Shown one piece after another: positions 55,801 to 64,000 of a stretch of 64,000 nucleotides of DNA (positions are counted from its first letter, which is position 1; each line of letters begins with the position of its first letter). Location of the stretch: the sequence record PQ066597.1; one strand, given 5' to 3'. The notes under the pieces were generated by a model. That model was not told where the DNA came from. It made no database searches and was given only the letters and a program-made list of their open reading frames with translations. The translations under genes were made by a program, and so were the position numbers.

Positions 55801-55838
55801 TTATTTATAATGCTATTTAGGTGTGTTAAAATATCATC

Positions 55839-56399
55839 ATGAAAAGGAAAATTGTAACTCTTATAGGAACCAGATATCCTAACGAAGAGTATAAACAGTT
55901 GATGATAAGAATTGGAAAAGCTTTTTCTGATCGTGGTTATGGTGCTAGATCTGGTGGTGCCATTGGTTCTGATACGCTTTTCCTAACCGAATATGACCCA
56001 GCATTAACCATTGTATATCGTCCTGATGATAGACCCGGTTGTGTTAATGTCAAAAATCATGAAAACTATTATGAATTTGAATTGCTTGCTTCCCGTGTTC
56101 ATGGATCTGGTATTGGATGGGAATTTATGCCAATTGGTCACCAAGAATTACACGCTAGGAACGTTCCTCAAGTCATGGGATTAAATCTCAAGTCTTATTC
56201 TGACTTAGTTGTATTTTGTGCGGAAGAATCGATACATGGTACTGTATCTGGTGGAACTGCTACTGCGGTTAAAATAGCAAGAAGCCTAAATATACCTACC
56301 CTAAACATTATGAACCCGGTTCAAAGATCAAAACTTTGTAAGTGGTTAGGTATTGATGATATACCAGTATTAGAAAAGGTTGACATTTTCAATCTCTAA
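55839..56399 (+). CDS. SLOG (DprA/Smf/LOG) superfamily protein
   Basis: LIGTRY, RSGGAIGSD, HARN..QVMG, GGTATAVKIA..LNIPTLNI. Confidence 0.85.
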   Translation: MKRKIVTLIGTRYPNEEYKQLMIRIGKAFSDRGYGARSGGAIGSDTLFLTEYDPALTIVYRPDDRPGCVNVKNHENYYEFELLASRVHGSGIGWEFMPIGHQELHARNVPQVMGLNLKSYSDLVVFCAEESIHGTVSGGTATAVKIARSLNIPTLNIMNPVQRSKLCKWLGIDDIPVLEKVDIFNL

Positions 56400-56437
56400 A
56401 TATTGTTGTGGAATAATAACAATAAACGAGGTTGAAA

Positions 56438-56782
56438 ATGAAAAGCTCACCACGTAAGATCGCCAGAACTGCGCATGATGCGATTCGACGGTTTAATTTA
56501 ATACTAGGCGACACCGATACATTGTGGAAAGAAGAACCAGAAAAAGTTAAACGGGTTTGGACTAAACATGTAACATATATAATCGATCACCCTGATTCTG
56601 ACGCTCGAACTGTTCATGAGCTTTGGAGAAATTATAAAGAGGGAGAAGGTTGGATATTTGGTGAAGATAAATCTAGAGACGAGAAAACCCACCCATGTTT
56701 GACATCTTACGATGAACTACATGAAATAGAAAAGATGAAATATTATATTTTCATCGAAACTGTTCTTGAGCAATCAAAATAA
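56438..56782 (+). CDS. RyR-domain protein
   Basis: HELW..YK..EGWIFG..K....KTHPCL..YDEL...EK; CTAAATA at 56396-56402. Confidence 0.88.
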   Translation: MKSSPRKIARTAHDAIRRFNLILGDTDTLWKEEPEKVKRVWTKHVTYIIDHPDSDARTVHELWRNYKEGEGWIFGEDKSRDEKTHPCLTSYDELHEIEKMKYYIFIETVLEQSK

Positions 56783-56817
56783 AAAAGCCCCGACCTAAAA
56801 AGGTTGGGGCTTTCTTT
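56781..56817. terminator. bidirectional terminator between the RyR gene and gene 24
   Basis: AAAAAAGCCCC.ACC...GGTTGGGGCTTTCTTTT. Confidence 0.7.
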
Positions 56818-56860
56818 TATCCAGAATAAAGCTTCTACGTCTTTTTATCTGGAAAATTAA

Positions 56861-58090
56861 TTATGCGTAATCTTTCATTTCGACCATGCACATACGAGCC
56901 AATTGAGACTTGTTGGCGGCACCTACCCAATCTTCCCCATCATACACCTTAGCCGGGTTGGATTCAATTTTTCTGAAATCTGGGCTAGTAGATAGAGCGT
57001 ATCTTGAGATAATACCAACTACAGGTTGTAGTGCATCCGGATCGGCAGCAACCATAAAAGTCCCCGCTTCATCTTCTTCGATATAAGGACTGTAATAAAC
57101 AGCACTTACTGTATCAACACCTTCATCAAATTTAGCCTTAACACCAACCAACATATAATGAACAGGAGTCTTTGAATCAACAACCAATTTCATTTTAGTA
57201 CCGATAATTCGGTGTTGATCGTCAACTAGTCCAGACGTTTGTATAAGTGCGGCCACATGAGCAGAAGCAAGAATATAAGTCGGTTTGAATGTGGTATCTA
57301 ACGTAATTTGAGCAGCCATACGACACGCACGAGCCACCAAATCACGACCAGCGAAATATTCAGTAGTTGCTACATTATACGGAGTTGCTTTAACTTCTTT
57401 GGTGGCAACAGTTACCAACTTCATGATAATATCGCTGTTAATTTCTTCTGCGATGGCAACAGACAATAGATCTTCTACTGCGGCATCACCATCCATATTC
57501 ATACCACCCATATCTTGAAGAAGTTCTAGGGTGATGTTAGATTTTAGTTTGCGACTACGAACAACGGATTTCCATTTGTTCATTACATATCTGGTTTTTT
57601 GGATTTCTTTATCTTCTTGTGTGTTTGGTACAATTGCGTCAACAACAAGACGAAGGTTGCCGGTAAAGACGTTCTCAAAAAGAGAATTCAAATCACCGGA
57701 GTAATCACCATCATTGATAACTTGGAACACATAACCTTCACTGGTAAAATATGTTTTTGATACCATACCAGCACTACCAGCGGGTAATGCAGCAACGGCA
57801 GCCATATCAAATTCACCACCATAATTACGGTTGTCAAGGTTAATATCCCGATGACTTTGATTGTCTTCGCTAATATACTCGTAACGTACACCAAATACGT
57901 TTGCTACTGGGTCTGTAGTTGGTTGAACACCAGCAAGCTCATCATAAATTTTATTAAATGTTTTGCGAGTTAGTGAAACTAAAGAAGGGCGACCCGTTAC
58001 GATATCACCACTACTAGATTCAACCAACCGCCCGGACATACCAGACTCTTTAATTAGGTCTTGTATTTTTTTGGAGACTACTTTAGCCAT
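56861..58090 (-). CDS. 24: capsid vertex protein gp24
   Basis: GRPSLVSLTR, GVQPT..PVA..FG.RY, RSRKLK..IT.ELLQD, LS..IAEEIN.DI. Confidence 0.93.
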   Translation of the reverse strand: MAKVVSKKIQDLIKESGMSGRLVESSSGDIVTGRPSLVSLTRKTFNKIYDELAGVQPTTDPVANVFGVRYEYISEDNQSHRDINLDNRNYGGEFDMAAVAALPAGSAGMVSKTYFTSEGYVFQVINDGDYSGDLNSLFENVFTGNLRLVVDAIVPNTQEDKEIQKTRYVMNKWKSVVRSRKLKSNITLELLQDMGGMNMDGDAAVEDLLSVAIAEEINSDIIMKLVTVATKEVKATPYNVATTEYFAGRDLVARACRMAAQITLDTTFKPTYILASAHVAALIQTSGLVDDQHRIIGTKMKLVVDSKTPVHYMLVGVKAKFDEGVDTVSAVYYSPYIEEDEAGTFMVAADPDALQPVVGIISRYALSTSPDFRKIESNPAKVYDGEDWVGAANKSQLARMCMVEMKDYA

Positions 58091-58113
58091 TTTTAAGATT
58101 CCTCTTTTTCTTT

Positions 58114-58120
58114 TATTTAG
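58114..58120 (-). promoter_or_regulatory. late promoter CTAAATA for gene 24 (second copy at 58161-58167)
   Basis: 24 nt before the start. Confidence 0.7.
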
Positions 58121-58183
58121 GGCTCATTCATTGGTTGACTGTATGAACTCTATCTAGTATTATTTAGACCAGTAAGAAAAACG

Positions 58184-58208
58184 AAAAGGGAACCCGAAGG
58201 TTCCCTTA
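58184..58208 (-). terminator. terminator after gene 23
   Basis: Minus strand AAGGGAACC-TTCG-GGTTCCCTTTT. Confidence 0.9.
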
Positions 58209-58223
58209 TTTTTGGATTTGCTA

Positions 58224-59906
58224 TTAGGCACCCAGAACACGTACACGACGGTAGAAGGAGTTCTTACCGAAGATTGCAGCACCCGGCATTCCGGAAGTGA
58301 TCTTGGAGAAGCCTTTGTTCTTGGAACCGTCAGCGAACGGGTGCAGTTTAACACCGTAACGGGTCTTGAAGCCAAGAATGGTAGCGAAGGACTTAGGATC
58401 CACACCACGCAGCGGGCTCAACGGGACGTATGGGCAGTAGTACAGACCTGCATCCAGTTCGGAGCTACCCTTGAAGCCTACAGTGAAGTAATCTTCAACA
58501 GCGTACTGGTCGATGAAGACACGATACTTACCAGCCAGAACACCAGCGAACTGAGATACGGAGGTATCAGTGTTCAGCTTGGTAGTACCAGCAGCAGCCG
58601 GAGAAACCAGTTGGTCGGTGGAACCGAGCATTACGGCAACGTTACGGGAACAGATTACGAAGTTACCGTTACCACGACCGGTTTGACGACCGATTTCAGC
58701 AGCTTCCTTATCGATTTGGGTAACCAGAGCCTTGGCGCTCTCACCTTGCCAACGAGCACCACGAATGTCGTTCGGGTCGGCAAAGTTGAAGACACCAGCT
58801 TGACCACCATGTTGGTTAGTCCAACCGGTCTTACCAATTTGAGCGGTAGCGTTGATCCACAGGATCATTTCACGGTTGATTTCCAGCATGATTTCGTTAG
58901 CCAGAATGCTGGACAGTTCGCTGTCTGCATCCAGACCGTGAACGTTACGCAGGTCCTGAGCCAGTTCGATGGAGTACTGAGCTTTCAGTTGACGAGCCTT
59001 AGCTTCAACTACTTGCTTATCAATACGGAAACTCATTTCGGGCCACGGGTTATTGCTGGAACCATTAAAGTTCTCTTGCAGTTCCGCCATGGAGGTAGCC
59101 ATACCTTCACCGATTTCAACCGCGATCTTGTCGTGGATCAGTTTCAGGTAACCAGCGGTTTTAACGTCAGCAGCAGTACCAGCAGTATAAGCGGTAACGA
59201 ACTGAACAACCTTAGTACCGGAGTTGGAATAAGCGTCTACTTCTTCATCCAGTTGGAAGCGAGCCAGATCACCGATTGCATAGGTTCCGTCTTTATCAAA
59301 AGCAGGAATCAGCGGGGCAGTGGCACCACGACCAGAGAAGCTGGAATCAGGTGCATATTGCGGGTGGAAAGCTTCGCGAGCTTGAGCATCCAGCGCATCA
59401 GTACCATAGATGGCACGAAGGGTGAATACCTGACCAGCGGAAGAGGTCATCGGCTGAACACCACAGATATCAAAGGCAATCAGGTTGCTGATAGCACGAC
59501 GAGCCAGACCCATAACAGCCGGACCGACGTTGGTGATGTTACCGGAAGCTTCACCAGAGGCGATCTTAACAGCATCATAACCGTGGTCACCGACGATGTT
59601 AGCTTCGGTTAGCATGGTTTCCATCTCTTCACCGGTCAGTTCGCGACCTTCTGCCAGAGCAGCGGCTTGAGCTTCGTTCAGCATCTTTTTGGCTTCTGCC
59701 AGTTGAGCTTTACGACCTTGAACGTCAACCATGGAGTCGATTACGGTTTGGTCGGTATATGCAGCACCGTCGTTACTCTTGATGTCTTCATATTGGTTTT
59801 CCATCAGACGAGCGACGATATCCTTGCGCTTCATGGTAGCAATTTCCGGCATACCTTCTTTTTCAAGAAGCGGTTTCCACTTAGCGATAATAGCGGTCTT
59901 AGACAT
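58224..59906 (-). CDS. 23: major capsid protein gp23
   Basis: LIAFDICGVQPM, EMSFRIDK..VEAKARQLKAQYSIELAQDL, YCPYVPL, FKTRYG. Confidence 0.99.
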   Translation of the reverse strand: MSKTAIIAKWKPLLEKEGMPEIATMKRKDIVARLMENQYEDIKSNDGAAYTDQTVIDSMVDVQGRKAQLAEAKKMLNEAQAAALAEGRELTGEEMETMLTEANIVGDHGYDAVKIASGEASGNITNVGPAVMGLARRAISNLIAFDICGVQPMTSSAGQVFTLRAIYGTDALDAQAREAFHPQYAPDSSFSGRGATAPLIPAFDKDGTYAIGDLARFQLDEEVDAYSNSGTKVVQFVTAYTAGTAADVKTAGYLKLIHDKIAVEIGEGMATSMAELQENFNGSSNNPWPEMSFRIDKQVVEAKARQLKAQYSIELAQDLRNVHGLDADSELSSILANEIMLEINREMILWINATAQIGKTGWTNQHGGQAGVFNFADPNDIRGARWQGESAKALVTQIDKEAAEIGRQTGRGNGNFVICSRNVAVMLGSTDQLVSPAAAGTTKLNTDTSVSQFAGVLAGKYRVFIDQYAVEDYFTVGFKGSSELDAGLYYCPYVPLSPLRGVDPKSFATILGFKTRYGVKLHPFADGSKNKGFSKITSGMPGAAIFGKNSFYRRVRVLGA

Positions 59907-59978
59907 TTTTGTTTTCCTTTTTGGATTTGAAATTTAATTTTCTGGGAGAAGAACCATTTCTTCTTTCCCTTACAAATA

Positions 59979-59985
59979 TATTTAG
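59979..59985 (-). promoter_or_regulatory. late promoter CTAAATA for gene 23
   Basis: In the 22-23 intergenic region, 73 nt before the start. Confidence 0.75.
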
Positions 59986-60031
59986 GGGAGTTATTTCTAG
60001 TTATTTTTATAACTCCCCGTTAAACAGAAAA

Positions 60032-60865
60032 TTACCAGTGCATGAACTCTTGTACAGACTCATCGATTTTTGATTTGGGTTCTGGCTTTTTATCTTTCTT
60101 ACCTTTTTCGCCTTTCTCACCCTTTTCATCTTTGTCGTCTTTCTGACCTTCGTCATCATTGAAGTTAAGATTTTCGTTTAGAGGTTTCTGATTAGGTTCT
60201 TGTTCTTTCTTCTGAGAAACCATTTCAACCAGAGCACTTACACGAGTACCGAATTGTTCAGCAGAACCAAACGAAATTCCTTCACAAAGAGTTTTAACTT
60301 GTTCTTGTTGAACCATAGTCAGATCTTTAATAGACTCGGCGATAACAGCTTCACGTTCTTTAGCTTGAATACTTTCGGTCAGAGCAGAGTTTTTACTAAC
60401 CAGATCGTTAATCATGCTTTGGGCTTCTTCCAGTTCAGCAGCTTGTTCAGCAACGATGTCAACTGCATCCTCTGGAACAACAACATGATGAGACACAAAT
60501 AGTTCTTTCATACCAGCAAGCAGACTTTCAGCAAGTTGGGCTTGGATACCAGTTTCAATAGCTACTTTGTTATCTTCCATAAAGCTTTCTGCTAGATGTT
60601 CGAAATAACTATCCATGGTTTTAATCAGTTCTGCATTCTTTGCTTCGGCAGCTTCTTGAACCAGTTCATCGGATTTAGCGGCTAGGGCTTCGATGTGCGA
60701 TTCTGCGAGCTGTACGGCTTCTTCACGCAGTTTGGTTTGAAATACTTGGGTCAGTGCGTCAACGACACCCTCGCTCAAATTGAGCCCTTGTAGAGCGCCA
60801 GAAATGGCATCTACTTGTACAGTGATATTTTTAGATTCACTGAGCAGTTGGTCTTTAATAGACAT
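60032..60865 (-). CDS. 22: prohead core scaffold gp22
   Basis: KDQLLSESKNI, YFEHLAE, GIQAQLAESLLAGMKELF. Confidence 0.93.
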   Translation of the reverse strand: MSIKDQLLSESKNITVQVDAISGALQGLNLSEGVVDALTQVFQTKLREEAVQLAESHIEALAAKSDELVQEAAEAKNAELIKTMDSYFEHLAESFMEDNKVAIETGIQAQLAESLLAGMKELFVSHHVVVPEDAVDIVAEQAAELEEAQSMINDLVSKNSALTESIQAKEREAVIAESIKDLTMVQQEQVKTLCEGISFGSAEQFGTRVSALVEMVSQKKEQEPNQKPLNENLNFNDDEGQKDDKDEKGEKGEKGKKDKKPEPKSKIDESVQEFMHW

Positions 60866-60886
60866 TGGTTTTTCCTTATTTGAAAG

Positions 60887-61612
60887 TTAACTTTTCAATG
60901 CTTCGATTAATTTGAGAATCTTTGCATCGTCTGTATTATTTAGGGTAGGTTTTTGATCGGTTTTTGATTCGTTAACTCGGTATGCGTTTGTATACGCATT
61001 AGGTGCGCTTGGTCCCCAAACAACATCTACCCCAACAGTTAAACGATAACCTTCTTGAACTTCATTTAAACCGCGTGAATTACGCTTTAAAGAACCAAGA
61101 CCACGAGAACTAACACCCGGAATCCAACCAGCTCTAATAAGAGCAGCGACCTTATCACCTTCCGCATGGTCTCCTTCTACAATACGAGCACGACCATAAA
61201 CGTCGTTACCTTTCCACCAGAGCTTTTCAATGACCAAAGCTGATTTTGATGGGTCTGGATAAGAACGATCACCGGGGTGATTTAGCTCACCAAGAGATTG
61301 TTTAGACGCAACCTGATCTTTAATGTATCTTTCTACGGCTTTTTCCATTACCCGTTTTGGATAAATGCGACCATTACCATTAGGAACTTCCGCTTGGAGG
61401 AAAATACCCTCGATATAAAGATTACCAGTACCTTTGTCATCCACTGATTCAATAAGGTAACATTCTTTATTGGGAACCCCAGATTCATTTTTCTCGGTTA
61501 GATTAGTATCAGTCCTATATTCGGTGCTCCAATGCTCAATTAAAAGCATATTTTTTGAAGGTTCACCGTTGTCTCTACCTTCCCAGTTTTCTACTAGAAT
61601 ATTTTCATACAT
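60887..61612 (-). CDS. 21: prohead protease gp21
   Basis: LYIEGIFLQAE..N.NGRIYPK, GELNHP, GVSSRGLGS, DVVWGPSAP. Confidence 0.97.
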   Translation of the reverse strand: MYENILVENWEGRDNGEPSKNMLLIEHWSTEYRTDTNLTEKNESGVPNKECYLIESVDDKGTGNLYIEGIFLQAEVPNGNGRIYPKRVMEKAVERYIKDQVASKQSLGELNHPGDRSYPDPSKSALVIEKLWWKGNDVYGRARIVEGDHAEGDKVAALIRAGWIPGVSSRGLGSLKRNSRGLNEVQEGYRLTVGVDVVWGPSAPNAYTNAYRVNESKTDQKPTLNNTDDAKILKLIEALKS

Positions 61613-61614
61613 GA

Positions 61615-62091
61615 TTAGAGCCCCATCGAATGGCGCTTACGCATAGCCTTTTTATATTTCTTATTAGCTCGAATCTGAATAGACGGGTTAGCTCTTTTGG
61701 TTTTAACCGCATGTCTAGCAATTTGACGACGCTGTGACTTACTTAATCCAGTGGTTTGTGTCGCTCTACGTTTACGGGTTTCACGGTCATGGATACGTGT
61801 AACAGTACCGGCAGCATTTACACGCTTCACAAGAACTTCATCAAGTTCCTCAGACTCTTCCAAAATACTTAGGATCGCCAATGCTTCAATCGCATTTTCA
61901 GAAATCATATTTTCTGCAATTGTCAAAGAGTCATCTTCACCAAATACAGATTTAAGGTGTTGTGCTTTTTCGGGAGCAGTTGATTCAACGCATTCAGCGA
62001 TTAACGAAAGGAGTACGTCGTACTCCAAATCGGTTTCAAGAATGCGAGAACCTTTTACTCCCCATTTGGAAATTACTTCTTGTTTTTCCAT
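61615..62091 (-). CDS. 68: prohead core protein gp68
   Basis: RRATQTTGLSKSQRRQIAR..VKTKRANPS...R..MRKR..MGL. Confidence 0.93.
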   Translation of the reverse strand: MEKQEVISKWGVKGSRILETDLEYDVLLSLIAECVESTAPEKAQHLKSVFGEDDSLTIAENMISENAIEALAILSILEESEELDEVLVKRVNAAGTVTRIHDRETRKRRATQTTGLSKSQRRQIARHAVKTKRANPSIQIRANKKYKKAMRKRHSMGL

Positions 62092-62119
62092 TTTATTTTC
62101 CTTATGGGGTTGTTAAAAA

Positions 62120-62275
62120 TTATTCTTGTTCGTCTTCGAAGGGGGCTAAGGATGCTCCCATCTGAACCCGCATATCATGAGTTTTAGCGGCAATACGTGA
62201 AAACATTTCAGTTTCGAATGCACCTTTAGCGGCAATAAGATCACCAGCTCGTGCTGCATTAATAAATTCTTCCAT
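62120..62275 (-). CDS. 67: prohead core protein gp67 (51 aa)
   Basis: MEEFINAARAGDLIAAKGAFETEM..RI; not in the ORF track; CTAAATA at 62289-62295. Confidence 0.85.
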   Translation of the reverse strand: MEEFINAARAGDLIAAKGAFETEMFSRIAAKTHDMRVQMGASLAPFEDEQE

Positions 62276-62300
62276 CACTCTATACCTTTATTTAGTGTTG

Positions 62301-63878
62301 TTAAAAATCAGCGAGACCATCTTCTGGATTTGGTGGATTGAGAATTTCGGATTTCATTTCTTCCTCAATTTTCTTCGCCTCTTCTTCAATTTGTTTATCT
62401 GTCATTTTCATTATGTCTTTCATAATTGTATTATGAGACATATATTTTCCGACAATGTTATTTTGAATGAGACTACTAACCACATCTACTCTACGTTGAA
62501 GAATCTCAATATCTTTAAGTTCTTCATAATAAGAATCTTTGGCATATACAATCTTGATGTTATTCTTTTCTTCATCCCATTCTTCCTGACTCATAATACC
62601 TTTTAGAATAAGGTTTGTAACAAGTGGGTCATAGAAAATTGGGTCAAATTGGCGCTGCATACCACGAACCAATTTAGAAAACAACAGCTCATCACGAGAT
62701 ATTTCCCCACCATTTGAGAATGTAACACCACCAGATTCCATTGGGAGGCGACTAAGTGGTAATTTCATTGCTTCATATACTTTACGGTTGAACCAACGAA
62801 CGTCGTCCATTTCACCAATAGACTGAGCACCCGGAAGAGTAGAAATCTCAGTAGAAGCCTTACCATCACGACGCATCAACCAGAAATCTTCTGTCATACT
62901 TAGGTTATTGGCTGCTGTTTTAACCTTACCAGTTGAACTGTCATAGATAACCCGGTTTTTAAAACCTTGCATGACTTTGTTTACGTGTTCGGTTGCTTTT
63001 TTCGGTTGCATATTACCAACGTCAATATAAAAAATACGACGTTCTGGTGCGCGTGATACGCGATATATAACCAATGCATCCTCTAACATCTTCAAAATGT
63101 TAGCTGGCTTTATTGCAGCATGTAAATGCCCTATAATGGATCTACCATCACAAGATACTTTGCCACTATGAGCATAAACCATCGCATCGCGGGGAATAAC
63201 GATATGGTTTGTATTGGCTTGGTTTATATTATAAGTCGAACATTCAGTACCAGAATAAGTAAAATATTCACGATGACCTTTATAAATGCTATTACCACCT
63301 TCAACCTCTTTAAAGTTTTCTCTGTGATAATATACGGCTCGTGGGTCTAACAACCGAAGTTCTTTAATACCTTCTTTTTGGCGTTTCGGATCGATCATTT
63401 TATGGAAATAGATCCGACTATCAACATACCAACGGCGATATAATCTCTTACCTTCTTTTTCGAAGTTCAAAAGAGACAATATTTCTTCAAATTCTTCCTG
63501 AACCCGGTCTTTAATGGATTTATTCCATTTAGTTGCATCCAGATCCAATGAAACAGTATTCTTTTCGTCTTCTTGAACAATTGCATCGTTTACGATTTCA
63601 TCAATCGCATTATCAACTTCGTGATAATTTGTTAGAGCGCGATATTGATCTATAAGTTGACGAGTTGAATTAATTTTTTGTTCAGTACCATATGCATAAG
63701 CTTGATATGCACGACTGGGTGCTGATGTATCGGTTCTATCAATAGAATTTGCACCATCGGGATTGTCTGGTGCGGAGAAACTATCAATACCCGATTTGAG
63801 TTCTATATCTAGTTCCTTATCGTCATCTTTCGCCCACGGACGAAGAAAACTTGGAACAGTAAAACGACCATTGAACAT
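62301..63878 (-). CDS. 20: portal protein gp20
   Basis: EVDNAIDEIVN, RWYVDSR, MLEDALVIYRVSRAPERRIFYIDVGN, EDFWLMRRDG; CTAAATA at 63908-63914. Confidence 0.98.
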   Translation of the reverse strand: MFNGRFTVPSFLRPWAKDDDKELDIELKSGIDSFSAPDNPDGANSIDRTDTSAPSRAYQAYAYGTEQKINSTRQLIDQYRALTNYHEVDNAIDEIVNDAIVQEDEKNTVSLDLDATKWNKSIKDRVQEEFEEILSLLNFEKEGKRLYRRWYVDSRIYFHKMIDPKRQKEGIKELRLLDPRAVYYHRENFKEVEGGNSIYKGHREYFTYSGTECSTYNINQANTNHIVIPRDAMVYAHSGKVSCDGRSIIGHLHAAIKPANILKMLEDALVIYRVSRAPERRIFYIDVGNMQPKKATEHVNKVMQGFKNRVIYDSSTGKVKTAANNLSMTEDFWLMRRDGKASTEISTLPGAQSIGEMDDVRWFNRKVYEAMKLPLSRLPMESGGVTFSNGGEISRDELLFSKLVRGMQRQFDPIFYDPLVTNLILKGIMSQEEWDEEKNNIKIVYAKDSYYEELKDIEILQRRVDVVSSLIQNNIVGKYMSHNTIMKDIMKMTDKQIEEEAKKIEEEMKSEILNPPNPEDGLADF

Positions 63879-63959
63879 ATGAGTAATCCTTTTATTTTAT
63901 CTATATTTATTTAGGGCAATAAAATTAAAAGGATATGGGGTATTTCTACCCCAATCATT

Positions 63960-64000
63960 TTATTCCCACCAGTCCAAAGCCATAATAACTTCAAACATTT
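63960..64000 (-). CDS. 19: tail tube gp19, last codons only
   Basis: ...FEVIMALDWWE-stop resembles the T4 gp19 C-terminus; upstream of 20 as in T4. Confidence 0.8.
   Translation of the reverse strand, partial: MFEVIMALDWWE

Noticed and set aside
58212-59612. 466-aa plus-strand ORF opposite gene 23
   Set aside because: Antisense shadow caused by the strong codon bias of the capsid gene; no SD or motif.
1-64000. MotA-box middle promoters
   Set aside because: No convincing (A/T)3TGCTT box at -30 was seen upstream of candidate middle genes; extended -10 promoters explain them. The scan was not exhaustive.

Overview
A 64-kb slice of an AT-rich T4-like (Straboviridae-type) myophage genome. The split gp43, CTAAATA late promoters and very long gp35 and gp46 suggest the large Aeromonas/Vibrio T4-like phages, but host and genus are inference. 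Left half (minus strand, 1-29.9 kb): the replication/recombination block (topoisomerase 39+60, dexA, dUTPase, 61, 41, 40, uvsX, split 43A/43B, regA, 62, 44, 45, 46, 47, 55), then one cluster holding all ribonucleotide-reductase genes (nrdA, B, D, G, C, H). At about 30-31 kb T4 synteny breaks. A GIY-YIG gene, an unannotated 39-aa ORF and a 120-bp element are followed by a block inverted relative to T4: 35, 34, rnh, dsbA, 33, 59, 32, 30, dda, uvsY, uvsW, an early accessory island, inh, then head genes 24-20 and the end of 19. Most notable: (1) a 120-bp structured non-coding element present twice in inverted orientation 24.5 kb apart (114/120 identical), one copy at the synteny break; (2) a free-standing Hint (intein-like) protein lacking splicing residues between genes 40 and 41; (3) a SLOG + RyR-domain gene pair beside the second repeat copy, a candidate counter-defence module against nucleotide signals; (4) an LprI-like secreted protein and a PTH2-like protein. 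No tRNA, rRNA, CRISPR array or intron was seen. All assignments come from motif recognition by eye; no searches were run.
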